29,717 nt of DNA from Candidatus Sulfobium sp. (GCA_037380845.1 JARRRI010000023.1:10368-40084); one strand, 5' to 3'; counted from the stretch's first letter, positions 1 to 9,016 are shown. Translations and numbers: made by a program. Notes: a model not told the origin generated them from the sequence alone.

Positions 1-1419
1 CTTGAACGCCAGGTCTCCCCTGTTGGCCCGCGTGAGAAATTCCCTCAGCTGTCCGGGAAGCATCGCGATGTCGGATATTCTGTCCCTGAAGACATTAAAC
101 AACTGTCTTGTCTGTTCTTCGGCTCCTCCGCGCAGGAATTCTTTAATATAGGGCTTCCCTATTTCGATAATATTGATTTCCGGGTTCAGTCTGAAGGCAA
201 TCCCGTTCAGTATGCCGATTGTTCTTCCCAGCAGGATGAAGTTATTGGGAATCTGGATATACTTGATGATGCTGAATACATTCGATATTTCCTGTGAGAT
301 GTCATCAACGGTAAGGGCCTTCAGCTCAGAAGGGGATATATTCCTGTACTTGTCGATCAGGGACTGGGCAACTCCCGTCAGAGCATCGTAATCCGCTCCC
401 TCTATGATGAAGCCCATGGTCTCCATCGAGTCTATAATACTGCGCGCGCTGCTTTCGACCACCGCATTTGCAAATCTCCGCAGTTCCCTCTTAATCGCCT
501 CGGGCATAACCTGGACCATACCGAAATCCACGTATATAAGTTGTGGTCCTTCCCGAATGAATATGTTGCCGGGATGCGGGTCGCCGTGGAAAAAACCATG
601 GACAAAGATCATTTTCGAGTACGATTCAGCAAGGAGGCTTACAACCTCACGGCAGTCGATGCCGGCAGCCTTGACCGCACCGCAGTCTGTTATCTTGATC
701 CCTTCCACGAACTCCAGGGTGAGGACCTTTTTCTTTGTATATTCCCATTCCACCGAAGGGATGACGATCCTTTCATCACCCATGAAATTCTGTCTGAACC
801 TTTCCGCATTCTTTCCTTCCTGGATATAATCAAGCTCCGCCCTGATAATCCTGGAGAATTCTTCATGGAGCACCCTGAGATTGATATGTCCGTATCTGCC
901 GCGGAGCAGCCTTATCAGCACCCCGAACATCAGGATGTCCGTCTCGATTATCCTGTCGATATCCGGGTACTGTATTTTCACGGCAACGTCCCGCCCGTCC
1001 GCCAGCACGGCCCTGTGGACCTGCCCCAGGGAAGCAGCGGCAAGAGGTCTCTCATCGAATCCGGAAAAGATTTCTTCAGGAGCTGCGCCGAGAGAATCCA
1101 TTATCTGCTTCCGTATGCCCGCGTACTCGTGGGGGGGCACCTGGTCCTGCAACTCGGAAAGTTCCGTGATATATTCATCGGGCAGAAAATCTATTCTCGA
1201 ACTAAGGAACTGACCGACCTTGATCATAACCCCCTTCATTTCTATTGCCTCTTCCCTTATCATTACGGCATTTTTCCTGTGCAGTTCTCTGAGGTGATGT
1301 TCTTTCGATTCGGAAGAGCGGAGGACCCCCAGGATATTTGCGATCTTGTAGGAAATCAATACCCTCAGCGCAAGGTAGAGCCCCTTGATAAATCTTCTTC
1401 GGTAATGAATCCTTGCCAT
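1..1419 (-). CDS. ABC1/AarF/UbiB-family atypical protein kinase (3' end runs off the window)
   Basis: Not in the ORF track because there is no stop in the window. Manual minus-strand translation from ATG 1419 gives MARIHYRRRFIKG...GVMIKVGQFLSSRIDFLPDEY...HGFFHGDPHPGNIFIREGPQLIYVDFGMV, the ABC1 kinase motifs. AAGGGAG SD-like sequence upstream. Confidence 0.92.
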   Translation of the reverse strand, partial: MARIHYRRRFIKGLYLALRVLISYKIANILGVLRSSESKEHHLRELHRKNAVMIREEAIEMKGVMIKVGQFLSSRIDFLPDEYITELSELQDQVPPHEYAGIRKQIMDSLGAAPEEIFSGFDERPLAAASLGQVHRAVLADGRDVAVKIQYPDIDRIIETDILMFGVLIRLLRGRYGHINLRVLHEEFSRIIRAELDYIQEGKNAERFRQNFMGDERIVIPSVEWEYTKKKVLTLEFVEGIKITDCGAVKAAGIDCREVVSLLAESYSKMIFVHGFFHGDPHPGNIFIREGPQLIYVDFGMVQVMPEAIKRELRRFANAVVESSARSIIDSMETMGFIIEGADYDALTGVAQSLIDKYRNISPSELKALTVDDISQEISNVFSIIKYIQIPNNFILLGRTIGILNGIAFRLNPEINIIEIGKPYIKEFLRGGAEEQTRQLFNVFRDRISDIAMLPGQLREFLTRANRGDLAFK

Positions 1420-1610
1420 TTCGTTGCAAATACTCCCTTTTTAGGATAGTACAAAAAAGACGCCGACGCCATAAAAATAGAACGCGCTGCGGCCGGTTTG
1501 CAGGCCGGTGGTACGAGGGGAGAGGGAGAAATAGCTGTATATTTTTGTTCCCCGATATGGTAATCTGTACCTATATGTCGATTTTCGGCCGGCGTTCGAA
1601 AACTGGCGGA

Positions 1611-1745
1611 TTCTTAAAGGGTCGTCATACCCGCAAGGGTCGGTGCGACTCTGCGCGACCCTCTTTCAGCGGGTGTCCGGGGCGACACGACTACCTTAAA
1701 GAACGGACTCCCGTTTAAAAATTCGGAGACGACGACTTTAAAGAA
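1611..1745. repeat. REP/BIME-like composite palindromic element
   Basis: Nested inverted repeats: atacccgc 1627-1634 / gcgggtgt 1669-1676; agggtcg 1636-1642 / cgaccct 1656-1662; ttcttaaagggtcgtc 1611-1626 is complementary to both 1687-1703 and 1731-1745. Confidence 0.55.
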
Positions 1746-1777
1746 GACTTAGGCGGGAATCTGATGGCGCACCTGAC

Positions 1778-2359
1778 ATGACAAAAGAAATAAGAGAGAT
1801 CATAGAACTCGGGAGGCGACTGGATGAACTGTCCTACGAGACATACAGTCTGTTTGCGGCCAGGGAGGATTTCGACAAGGTCCTCGTTTCTTTCTGGTCC
1901 GGGATGGCGGAATGGAAGAAAAGTCATCTCAGGCACTGGAAGAAGATCGCCAAATCCTTTGTATACAGGAACTTCTTTAACAGGACAACGGAAGACCTCA
2001 GGGTAATCATAAAGCAGCTGAAAAATATTCAGTCCGAGCAGGTGGAATTCATGCGCCGGCTCAGGAAGAAGAAAATAAGCCAGAGTGAGGCGATCTCTCA
2101 GACTATTCTCAACGAATTCTGCCTCGTTACCGACATATTCCTGGAAATATTCTATACGTACGACGAGGCCGCTCATGACAGTACATTCTGTTTCGTGGAA
2201 GAATGCGAATCACATCTCGTGGAAATGGCAAACACACTGAAGCCTTACCTGAAGCTAAACCCCCTTTATGCCGTACTTCTGCGTTCTATCGTAGACCTGA
2301 AGCACAAATACGATTTTCTCCTCACTTCGTTCGGGAGGGTAAAAAAGCAGGCCGTCTGA
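1778..2359 (+). CDS. Hypothetical helical protein, possibly ferritin/rubrerythrin-like four-helix bundle
   Basis: 193-aa ORF with coding-like composition. Y..FA...FW..MAEWKKSH and EECESHL recall ferritin-like ExxH helices, with the first site degenerate. Confidence 0.7.
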   Translation: MTKEIREIIELGRRLDELSYETYSLFAAREDFDKVLVSFWSGMAEWKKSHLRHWKKIAKSFVYRNFFNRTTEDLRVIIKQLKNIQSEQVEFMRRLRKKKISQSEAISQTILNEFCLVTDIFLEIFYTYDEAAHDSTFCFVEECESHLVEMANTLKPYLKLNPLYAVLLRSIVDLKHKYDFLLTSFGRVKKQAV

Positions 2360-2429
2360 GGCGCACGACCATGGCGGCGTCTCGCTGGGGAGGCTGGAGA
2401 GAGACACCGGGCCCGACACTGCATATGTA

Positions 2430-2903
2430 ATGAAACTGAACATAGAGGGTCTCTTTAAAAGCGAAAACGAAGTGAGGGAAATTGTCGGCAGGCGAAAAAT
2501 CTGCTACGACACGGAACCTTACTATCTCAACAGGAAAGGCAAACTGGTACAGATCGGCTATCAGCTCAGCATTTACGGGACATTCGACAAGCCTGTAGAG
2601 GGGAAGGAGGCCACTCCTGACACCCCCGGATATGAGGAAGTTGAGCGCGATGTGAGAAAGCTGGCCGAAGCGGTATCTCACACATGCGGCGCACTGCACA
2701 TGTGCGAATCCACCATTCCCGATCCGAGCCAGATAACATATTCCCATGAGAGAGGGATGAGGCCCGACGTGACCGTACACATTCCCGTCTTCGACCAGGA
2801 AAATTTCGGTCATCCTGTCGACGACAACGTCACCGAAATGCTCCAGGCAGCGACAGGGCTCCTCGAATCTATGGGCGTCAGAAAGACACGATGGCACGAC
2901 TGA
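2430..2903 (+). CDS. Hypothetical protein
   Basis: 157-aa ORF co-oriented with its neighbours. No recognisable family. Confidence 0.75.
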   Translation: MKLNIEGLFKSENEVREIVGRRKICYDTEPYYLNRKGKLVQIGYQLSIYGTFDKPVEGKEATPDTPGYEEVERDVRKLAEAVSHTCGALHMCESTIPDPSQITYSHERGMRPDVTVHIPVFDQENFGHPVDDNVTEMLQAATGLLESMGVRKTRWHD

Positions 2904-2940
2904 GTATTACACTTACACATCTGCAGCCCCCGGGGGACGC

Positions 2941-3870
2941 TTGGCCACATTGAGGATCGGCCATCTGTCGACGTTCTATCACACGGCGGTACTGCTCATG
3001 GCACAGAAGGATACCGGTCGCCGGCTCTCAAGCGACATCCAGTGGAGACTTTTCGGCACGGGCCCCGCTATAGTAAACGCCTTTGAAAAAAAGGAAATCG
3101 ACCTGGCCTACATCGGCCTGCCTCCCGCCACAATAGGTATAGACCGCGGGATCCCCATCACCTGCATAGCGGGCGGACACATCGAGGGGACGGTCTTGAG
3201 CGCCAAAAACCTTTACGGAGGGTTTCCCGAGATAAAGGAACTGGGTGATGTTCTGGCACAGTTCAGGGGACTGAAGATCGGCGTTCCGGGTAAGGGGTCC
3301 ATTCACGACGTCATATTGATGGAGTATATCGGAAAATACGGTCTCGGGAAGGACATAGAAGTGGTAAATTTCCAGTGGGCCGATCAGATCACGGAGGCAA
3401 TCGTCCATGACGAAGTGGCTGCCGCCGTGGGTACCCCGGCTCTCGCGGTCGCGGTCAAGAGGTTTGCGGGAGGCAGAGTGCTCTACCCCCCTTCAAGGCT
3501 TTGGCCGTATAACCCGAGTTACGGCATCCTTGCCGACAGGGAATTCCTGAACAGCCGAAGGGAGACGGCCGAACTGTTTCTTACACTGCATGAGGAGGCG
3601 ACCTCTTTTCTGCGCGACGACCCAGCCGGCGCCGCCGACGTAATTTCCGACCAGGTCGGCTTCATAGACACGGAATTCGTCCTCGACACTCTGCTGCTCT
3701 CTCCGAAATACTGCGGACAGCTTACCGACTCCTATATAGCCGCTTCGATGGAATTCGTGAAGGTCCTGAAAGAGTTGGGATATATCAGCCGCGACATAAG
3801 ACAGGACGAGATTTTTGATATCTCACTGATCAGGAAGATCCATCCTGCTGGAAACCACTATGAGGCTTAA
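2941..3870 (+). CDS. SsuA/TauA/NMT1-like (type II periplasmic-binding fold) protein without signal peptide
   Basis: LRIGHL at the N-terminus, FGTGPAIVNAF...IDLAYIGLPP, GLKIGVPGKGSIHDVIL. TTG start after GGGGGA. Confidence 0.85.
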   Translation: MATLRIGHLSTFYHTAVLLMAQKDTGRRLSSDIQWRLFGTGPAIVNAFEKKEIDLAYIGLPPATIGIDRGIPITCIAGGHIEGTVLSAKNLYGGFPEIKELGDVLAQFRGLKIGVPGKGSIHDVILMEYIGKYGLGKDIEVVNFQWADQITEAIVHDEVAAAVGTPALAVAVKRFAGGRVLYPPSRLWPYNPSYGILADREFLNSRRETAELFLTLHEEATSFLRDDPAGAADVISDQVGFIDTEFVLDTLLLSPKYCGQLTDSYIAASMEFVKVLKELGYISRDIRQDEIFDISLIRKIHPAGNHYEA

Positions 3871-3923
3871 AGCTTGAATTGCGAAATACAGAGGGTCCAC
3901 AATGAACAAACGGAGGTCCTATA

Positions 3924-4475
3924 ATGTCAGCCAAAGAAAGACCATTGCCAAAACCGCCGGGGAAAAAATTTTATCAGGAGCAGGATAACACCCGGCTACT
4001 TGCCGATAAAATAGCGGAGGCCGTCGCCCAGGGGAAACTGGACGAGTTCATGAAGAGCGAAATCCCTGACAGCGAGCAGGCCAGAACGCTTGTCTCTATG
4101 ATGATGGGAATGACCGGAATGCTGCCACCCCACGGTCTGAAGGATGAGGCTGGGGAAGGATCTTCCGGTATCCCTCCGGAAAAGGGCTCCGAAGAAGCCC
4201 CTCCGTCTTCAGAACCTCCCCAAGACGCGCGGGAGGCCGCTCATGCGGGCGACACGGAAAAGCTCGTGGAGATCCTGAAAAGGGAACACGGAAGACGCGG
4301 GGACAGCACGCCCGATGCAGGGTGTGAGGAGCAGACGGGGAGCGCAACGATCGAAAGGGCAGACATTGACCGCCTCCTCAGAATCGCGTCCGAAAACGGC
4401 CTGTCCCCCGACTGGATAATCCTGAGGGCGATCAGGCTTTATATCCGGGAGTACGAGAGGACGGGACGCCTCTGA
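3924..4475 (+). CDS. Hypothetical protein with possible C-terminal ribbon-helix-helix-like domain
   Basis: GGAGG SD then ATG. 183 aa. C-terminal IERADIDRLLRIASENGLSPDWIILRAIRLYI pattern. Confidence 0.75.
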   Translation: MSAKERPLPKPPGKKFYQEQDNTRLLADKIAEAVAQGKLDEFMKSEIPDSEQARTLVSMMMGMTGMLPPHGLKDEAGEGSSGIPPEKGSEEAPPSSEPPQDAREAAHAGDTEKLVEILKREHGRRGDSTPDAGCEEQTGSATIERADIDRLLRIASENGLSPDWIILRAIRLYIREYERTGRL

Positions 4476-4981
4476 TCGCAGAAAATATTTTTGCCGCGGA
4501 TCAACACGGATAGGGACGGACCCACACGGACTTCGGGCTTTTTCATCACTGGATCACGGTCTTCCAAAGGCACTTGCTTTTAAAGTTACTCATTGAGTTG
4601 TGCGGGACTTTTCAGAAGGACTCCCGCCAGGCGGGAGCGACAAATTGCTCGATACTGCACGGGTCAGCAAAAGCTGCGTTCATCTGCGGTTATTAAAAGT
4701 CCCGGGATATAGAAATAGAATTGGAGAAGCCCTCCTGACATTACAGCCAAGCTGTTATTGAAACCCAAACACACCAGTTGTAATACGCCGATATACACCC
4801 CGGGGTGAAGGAGCGTATTACCCCCGTAGAAGCCCCGGCCGCCTTTCATTCCTGATCCAGAGCCCCCGGGGCGACCTTTACAAGGCAGGGACGATGTGGG
4901 TTATGGATGGATGCTCTGCCAGGGATTGATGATATAATAAATGGACTTTCTTGAATTCCTGCTGGTAATGGAGGCGATGAA

Positions 4982-5473
4982 ATTTCATCAATCATTGTAG
5001 ACGGCTACAATTTCACGGGTGTGGACCATGGCGACCTTCGCTCTGAAAGAGAAAAACTGATCCGTCTGCTTGTAAAATACAAAAAGATCAAGGGCCATGA
5101 CATTACCGTAGTCTTCGATGGCTGGAAATCGGGCGGACATACCGAAGCGTCCATGATTACGGGGGGGATCAGGGTCATCTATTCACGGCTGGGGGAAACA
5201 GCCGACTCGGTCATAAAGAGGATCACAAAGAGAGAGAAGAAGGAATGGATAGTGGTAAGTTCGGACCGTGACATAGCGGCGCACGCCTGGTCTCACGGAA
5301 GCGTTGCCGTTCCGACAGCCGAATTCCACTCACTGCTCATGAAGGCTTCAGGTTCCTTTGGGGGTGACTATGAACTTCTCGAAGAGTACGACGAGGCTCT
5401 GGAGAAAAAAGGGAACCCGAGAAAACCTTCAAAAAAGGAGAAGGCATTGCTCAGGGCGATGAAGAAGCTCTGA
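4982..5473 (+). CDS. NYN-domain (YacP/Rae1-like) ribonuclease, probable ATT start
   Basis: In-frame upstream of the track's GTG (5021) is (I)SSIIVDGYN, the family N-terminal motif. Also VVFDG, ETAD and VVSSDR. In-frame stop at 4952, GGAGG at 4970-4974, ATT at 4982. Confidence 0.88.
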   Translation: MSSIIVDGYNFTGVDHGDLRSEREKLIRLLVKYKKIKGHDITVVFDGWKSGGHTEASMITGGIRVIYSRLGETADSVIKRITKREKKEWIVVSSDRDIAAHAWSHGSVAVPTAEFHSLLMKASGSFGGDYELLEEYDEALEKKGNPRKPSKKEKALLRAMKKL

Positions 5474-6354
5474 TGGCGGAGACGTTGCTCAAAATGCGTC
5501 CCGCTGATCTCCTGAATGTTCTGTTTCTGGCTTTTCTCCTTGCAGTCACCGTAGTATTCCATCAGAGAATTGACCACCCATGGGCGCCGATATCACTCTA
5601 CCTTGCCCTCCTGCTATGTCAGGGGGGACTGATATTTTTTCAAAACAGAAACAGCGTCGTAAGACTGTTTTACGATATCCTTTTCCCGCTGATATCGATT
5701 CTTTGCATTTTTGACAGTCTGGGATGGATCGTCCATTCCGTCAATCCCCGGGACATCGACCCTCTTCTCATCAGGCTGGACTTTATGCTTTTTAACGGGA
5801 CCCCTGCTCTAATGCTGGAGAAGATGCAGACCCCCCTGCTGACAGACGTACTGCAAGTCTCCTATTCCAGTTACTACTTCCTCCCGCTTATACTCGGCTT
5901 TTCTCTCAAAGCGAACGGGGAAAATTTACGCTTCGAACGCTCCCTCTTTTTGGTCATGCTATGCTTTTACCTGTCTTATATCGGGTACCTTTTATGGCCC
6001 GCTCTCGGCCCGAGATTTTCCATTCAGGCGCTTCAGGAAACCAGGCTCAGCGGGTTCTTGATAGCCGATCCCGTAAGGGACCTCCTCAACAGGCTGGAAG
6101 GAATCAAGCGAGATGCGTTCCCGAGCGGGCACACGGGGGTGTCGCTGGTGGTCCTTTACCTGGCATTCAGGTTCCGGAGACGGCTTTTCTGGTTCTTCCT
6201 GCCTGTTGTGATGGCCCTGATCTTTTCAACGGTTTACTGCAGATACCATTATGTGGTAGATGTAATAGCAGGGATAGCCCTTACTCTTGTAACGATAATC
6301 ATAGGAGAAACATACTATGGATACAGGTCAAAGAGAATCCATACTGATAGTTGA
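5473..6354 (+). CDS. PAP2-superfamily integral membrane phosphatase/phosphotransferase (AUR1/PAP2_3-like)
   Basis: Multiple TM segments. WPALGPRF, DAFPSGH and STVYCRYHYVVD motifs. TGATG overlap with the NYN gene. Confidence 0.9.
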   Translation: MAETLLKMRPADLLNVLFLAFLLAVTVVFHQRIDHPWAPISLYLALLLCQGGLIFFQNRNSVVRLFYDILFPLISILCIFDSLGWIVHSVNPRDIDPLLIRLDFMLFNGTPALMLEKMQTPLLTDVLQVSYSSYYFLPLILGFSLKANGENLRFERSLFLVMLCFYLSYIGYLLWPALGPRFSIQALQETRLSGFLIADPVRDLLNRLEGIKRDAFPSGHTGVSLVVLYLAFRFRRRLFWFFLPVVMALIFSTVYCRYHYVVDVIAGIALTLVTIIIGETYYGYRSKRIHTDS

Positions 6355-7021
6355 AGACGAAAAGAAGATTGCGGAGATCGTCAAAGCATATCTCGAAAAG
6401 GAAAAATACCACGTGGTACACGTAGAGACAGGTGAAGCGGCACTGAAACATCTGAACGAGCCTTTTGATCTCGTCATACTGGACCTTATGCTCCCTGACA
6501 TTCAGGGTGAGGAACTGTGCGGTATCATCCGCAAAAACTCCGATGTGCCGGTGATCATGCTCACCGCCAAGAGCGGAGAAGAGGACAGGATAAAGGGACT
6601 CGGCATCGGGGCGGATGACTACGTAGTTAAACCTTTCAGCCCCCGGGAGCTGGTGGCGAGGGTAAAGGCCCACCTCCGGCGGGCCGGAAAAGCAAAGAAG
6701 AAAGTCCTGAGCTATAACCATGGCGCCCTTAAAATCGACACATCTCTCTATGAGGTCCTGAAGGAAGGCGAACAGGTCGTTCTCACCCCCACGGAGTTCA
6801 AGATACTGCTGGCCCTGGCGGAAAACCCGGGCAGAGTTTTTTCTCGCGACCAGCTTGTCAATGTGGTTCAGGGTTATGATTTTGAAGGATATGACCGCAC
6901 TGTCGATGCCCATGTAAAGAACCTGCGACACAAGATCGAAAAGGATTCGAAAGACCCGCAGTTCATAAAGACGGTGTATGGGATAGGGTACAAGTTCACA
7001 GGCACGCCTGATGAGGACTAA
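6317..7021 (+). CDS. OmpR/PhoB-family response regulator
   Basis: ILIVEDE, LVILDLMLP, MLTAK, GADDYVVKPFSPREL, and winged-helix RTVDAHVKNLRHKIE...TVYGIGYKF. Confidence 0.97.
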   Translation: MDTGQRESILIVEDEKKIAEIVKAYLEKEKYHVVHVETGEAALKHLNEPFDLVILDLMLPDIQGEELCGIIRKNSDVPVIMLTAKSGEEDRIKGLGIGADDYVVKPFSPRELVARVKAHLRRAGKAKKKVLSYNHGALKIDTSLYEVLKEGEQVVLTPTEFKILLALAENPGRVFSRDQLVNVVQGYDFEGYDRTVDAHVKNLRHKIEKDSKDPQFIKTVYGIGYKFTGTPDED

Positions 7022-8363
7022 ACTCTTTTTCGCCTTTTTTATCGTAATCATGATAGCCCTGATCTCGAACGTCATCTTCGAACAATTTGTGGAGAAGGAT
7101 TTCGAGGAGTATGTGAAAGGTGCGAAAGAAGACAAACTTTATTGGGTCCTCGCATCCATCGAGGGGAGTTTTTCCAGAGGCAAATGGGACACACAGGAGT
7201 TGGACGATTCGGTCCACTGGGCCACCATGCTCGGCTTCGAACTGAGGATTACCGACACGTCGGGCGAAATAGTTACGACATCGGAACAAGTACTCAGCGA
7301 ACTCACTCCCCTGATGAGGCGGAGGATGGAAGGGATAGTTGATATTCATTCCGCAGAGGGGAAATACGAAACATATCCTCTCTACCTCGAAGGCAGCCAG
7401 ATAGGGACGATGTATGTAAGACAGCTCAGCAGGGTCGGCAGTATCAGCGAAAAGGAAGCGACCTTCAAGGGGAGGGGGATGGAATTTCTTATTATATCCT
7501 TCATCATTGCCGGCGGCAGCGCGCTTTTCCTTGCCCTGTTCTTCAGCCTGTTCCTGTCGAAGCCCCTCAACAGGATGAAAAAGGCGGTGGAATCCTTCGC
7601 AAAGGGGAACTTCAGCGTACGCGTAACTGCGGGCTCGAAGAAAGACGAAATAGGCCGGCTCGCTGAAAGCTTTAATTTCATGGCGGAGGCCCTCCAGAGG
7701 GAAGAAGCACTCAGAAAGCACCTGACGTCCAACGTTGCCCACGAACTGAGGACACCCCTCTCTGTGATGAAAGCCAATGTCGAGGCCATGATCGATGGGG
7801 TGGTGGACCGTCAGGAGCAGGGGCTTGAAAATGTGCGGATGGAGGTTGAAAAACTGATCAGGCTTGTTGAAGGTATCGAGGACCTGGCAAAGGCCGAGGC
7901 CAGCTTCTTTTCCGGGATGGATTATATCGAGATAAATCTGCAGGGTTTTCTTTCGAATCTGGCAAACAAGCTGACGCCCCTGGCAAAAGAAAAAGGGTTG
8001 AGGATAACATTGGCGACAAACCGGGTTCTGCACGTTTCCACCGATCCGGGGAAGCTTGAGAGTATTGTCCAGAATATTCTTACAAATGCCATCAGGAACA
8101 CCGAACGTGGAGGTATCCGGATCGAATACGGCATGTCGGACAGGTCTTTCTTCATCGAAATAGCGGATACGGGCCCGGGCATAACGACAGAAGAGGCGGC
8201 ACTGATCTTCAAAAGGTTTTACAGGGGGGAAGACTCCATGGGCAAGGGGCTGGGATTGGCCATCGTAAAAGAACTTGTGGACATGATGGGAGGCCGCATC
8301 GACCTCAAAAGCAAAGTTGGGGAAGGGTCGGTATTCACTATATGGCTGCCCACTGGAAGCTGA
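7011..8363 (+). CDS. HAMP-domain sensor histidine kinase (BaeS-like)
   Basis: Two TM helices, HAMP (DEIGRLAESFNFMAE), H-box AHELRTPL, N-box NILTNAIR, DTGPGI and GLGLAIVK. Confidence 0.96.
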   Translation: MRTKLFFAFFIVIMIALISNVIFEQFVEKDFEEYVKGAKEDKLYWVLASIEGSFSRGKWDTQELDDSVHWATMLGFELRITDTSGEIVTTSEQVLSELTPLMRRRMEGIVDIHSAEGKYETYPLYLEGSQIGTMYVRQLSRVGSISEKEATFKGRGMEFLIISFIIAGGSALFLALFFSLFLSKPLNRMKKAVESFAKGNFSVRVTAGSKKDEIGRLAESFNFMAEALQREEALRKHLTSNVAHELRTPLSVMKANVEAMIDGVVDRQEQGLENVRMEVEKLIRLVEGIEDLAKAEASFFSGMDYIEINLQGFLSNLANKLTPLAKEKGLRITLATNRVLHVSTDPGKLESIVQNILTNAIRNTERGGIRIEYGMSDRSFFIEIADTGPGITTEEAALIFKRFYRGEDSMGKGLGLAIVKELVDMMGGRIDLKSKVGEGSVFTIWLPTGS

Positions 8364-8365
8364 CA

Positions 8366-8632
8366 GTGGAAATTCCTTTCAGAAAAACGCATAACGGCAT
8401 ACGGATCGAGGTGAAAGTGGAGCCCCGGTCTTCCAGGAAAGGGATATCCGGGGTCATGGGAGACGTGGTAAAGGTCAAGCTTACCGCACCTCCGGTCGAG
8501 GGCGCGGCAAATGAGCAGCTGATAGAAGTGATTGCGGAGGCGACAGGAGCAAGGAAATCAAGCATAAGTATTGTGAGAGGCCTTTCCGGTAAAAGAAAAA
8601 TTCTGGAAATAAAAGGGATAGATACGTTGTGA
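8366..8632 (+). CDS. DUF167/UPF0235 (YggU-like) protein
   Basis: VKVEPRSS, VKLTAPPVEGAANEQL, GLSGKRK. GTG start immediately after the kinase stop (the track uses ATG 8342). Confidence 0.9.
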   Translation: MEIPFRKTHNGIRIEVKVEPRSSRKGISGVMGDVVKVKLTAPPVEGAANEQLIEVIAEATGARKSSISIVRGLSGKRKILEIKGIDTL

Positions 8633-8642
8633 TGCCGTCCTG

Positions 8643-8661
8643 TTCTTCATATTTTCTTCAT
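8643..8661 (+). promoter_or_regulatory. Putative OmpR-family regulator binding site (direct repeat)
   Basis: TTCTTCAT-att-TTCTTCAT, a perfect 8-mer repeat with 11-bp period. It lies about 22 bp upstream of a TAGGAT -10-like box (8684-8689). Confidence 0.55.
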
Positions 8662-8695
8662 GACTATCCCTTACTATTTGTTTTAGGATAGTACA

Positions 8696-9016
8696 GTGAC
8701 CAGGGCTATGACTTTATTGATATTGGTTTGCTCTTTTTTCCTCATGGTCCGGAGTGCCGGAGCATTCGACAGGGTTATCACGCCTTACGGCGATTACTGC
8801 AAGGGGTGCGCGAGCTACTACGGTGTCTGTCGGGATGTGATCCCGGTGAAGGAATCCGTCAATGCAATAAGCAAATATTACCGGGACAAGGGATACACCG
8901 TAGGCAACATCTATCACAAAGGGAGGTTTATTGAGGCCGATATTTTTAAAGACGGCAAGCAGGTTGACAAGGTGCTCTTCGACAGAAAGACGGGGAGACT
9001 GAGGTCCGTCTATTAA
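8696..9016 (+). CDS. Small secreted Cys-containing protein with PepSY-like C-terminus
   Basis: Signal peptide ending AGA, YGDYCKGCASYYGVC, and C-terminal IEADIFKDGKQVDKVLFDRKTG. Confidence 0.8.
   Translation: MTRAMTLLILVCSFFLMVRSAGAFDRVITPYGDYCKGCASYYGVCRDVIPVKESVNAISKYYRDKGYTVGNIYHKGRFIEADIFKDGKQVDKVLFDRKTGRLRSVY

Noticed and set aside
173..1449. Plus-strand ORFs 173..391, 404..829, 541..1449 and 881..1213
   Set aside because: Antisense shadows of the minus-strand ABC1 kinase.
4664..4849. 61-aa minus-strand ORF
   Set aside because: No family features, and it overlaps palindromic intergenic motifs.
1439..8695. Identical 15-mer ttttaggatagtaca at 1439 and 8681
   Set aside because: Opposite orientation relative to the downstream genes, and only two AT-rich copies. 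Probably coincidence.
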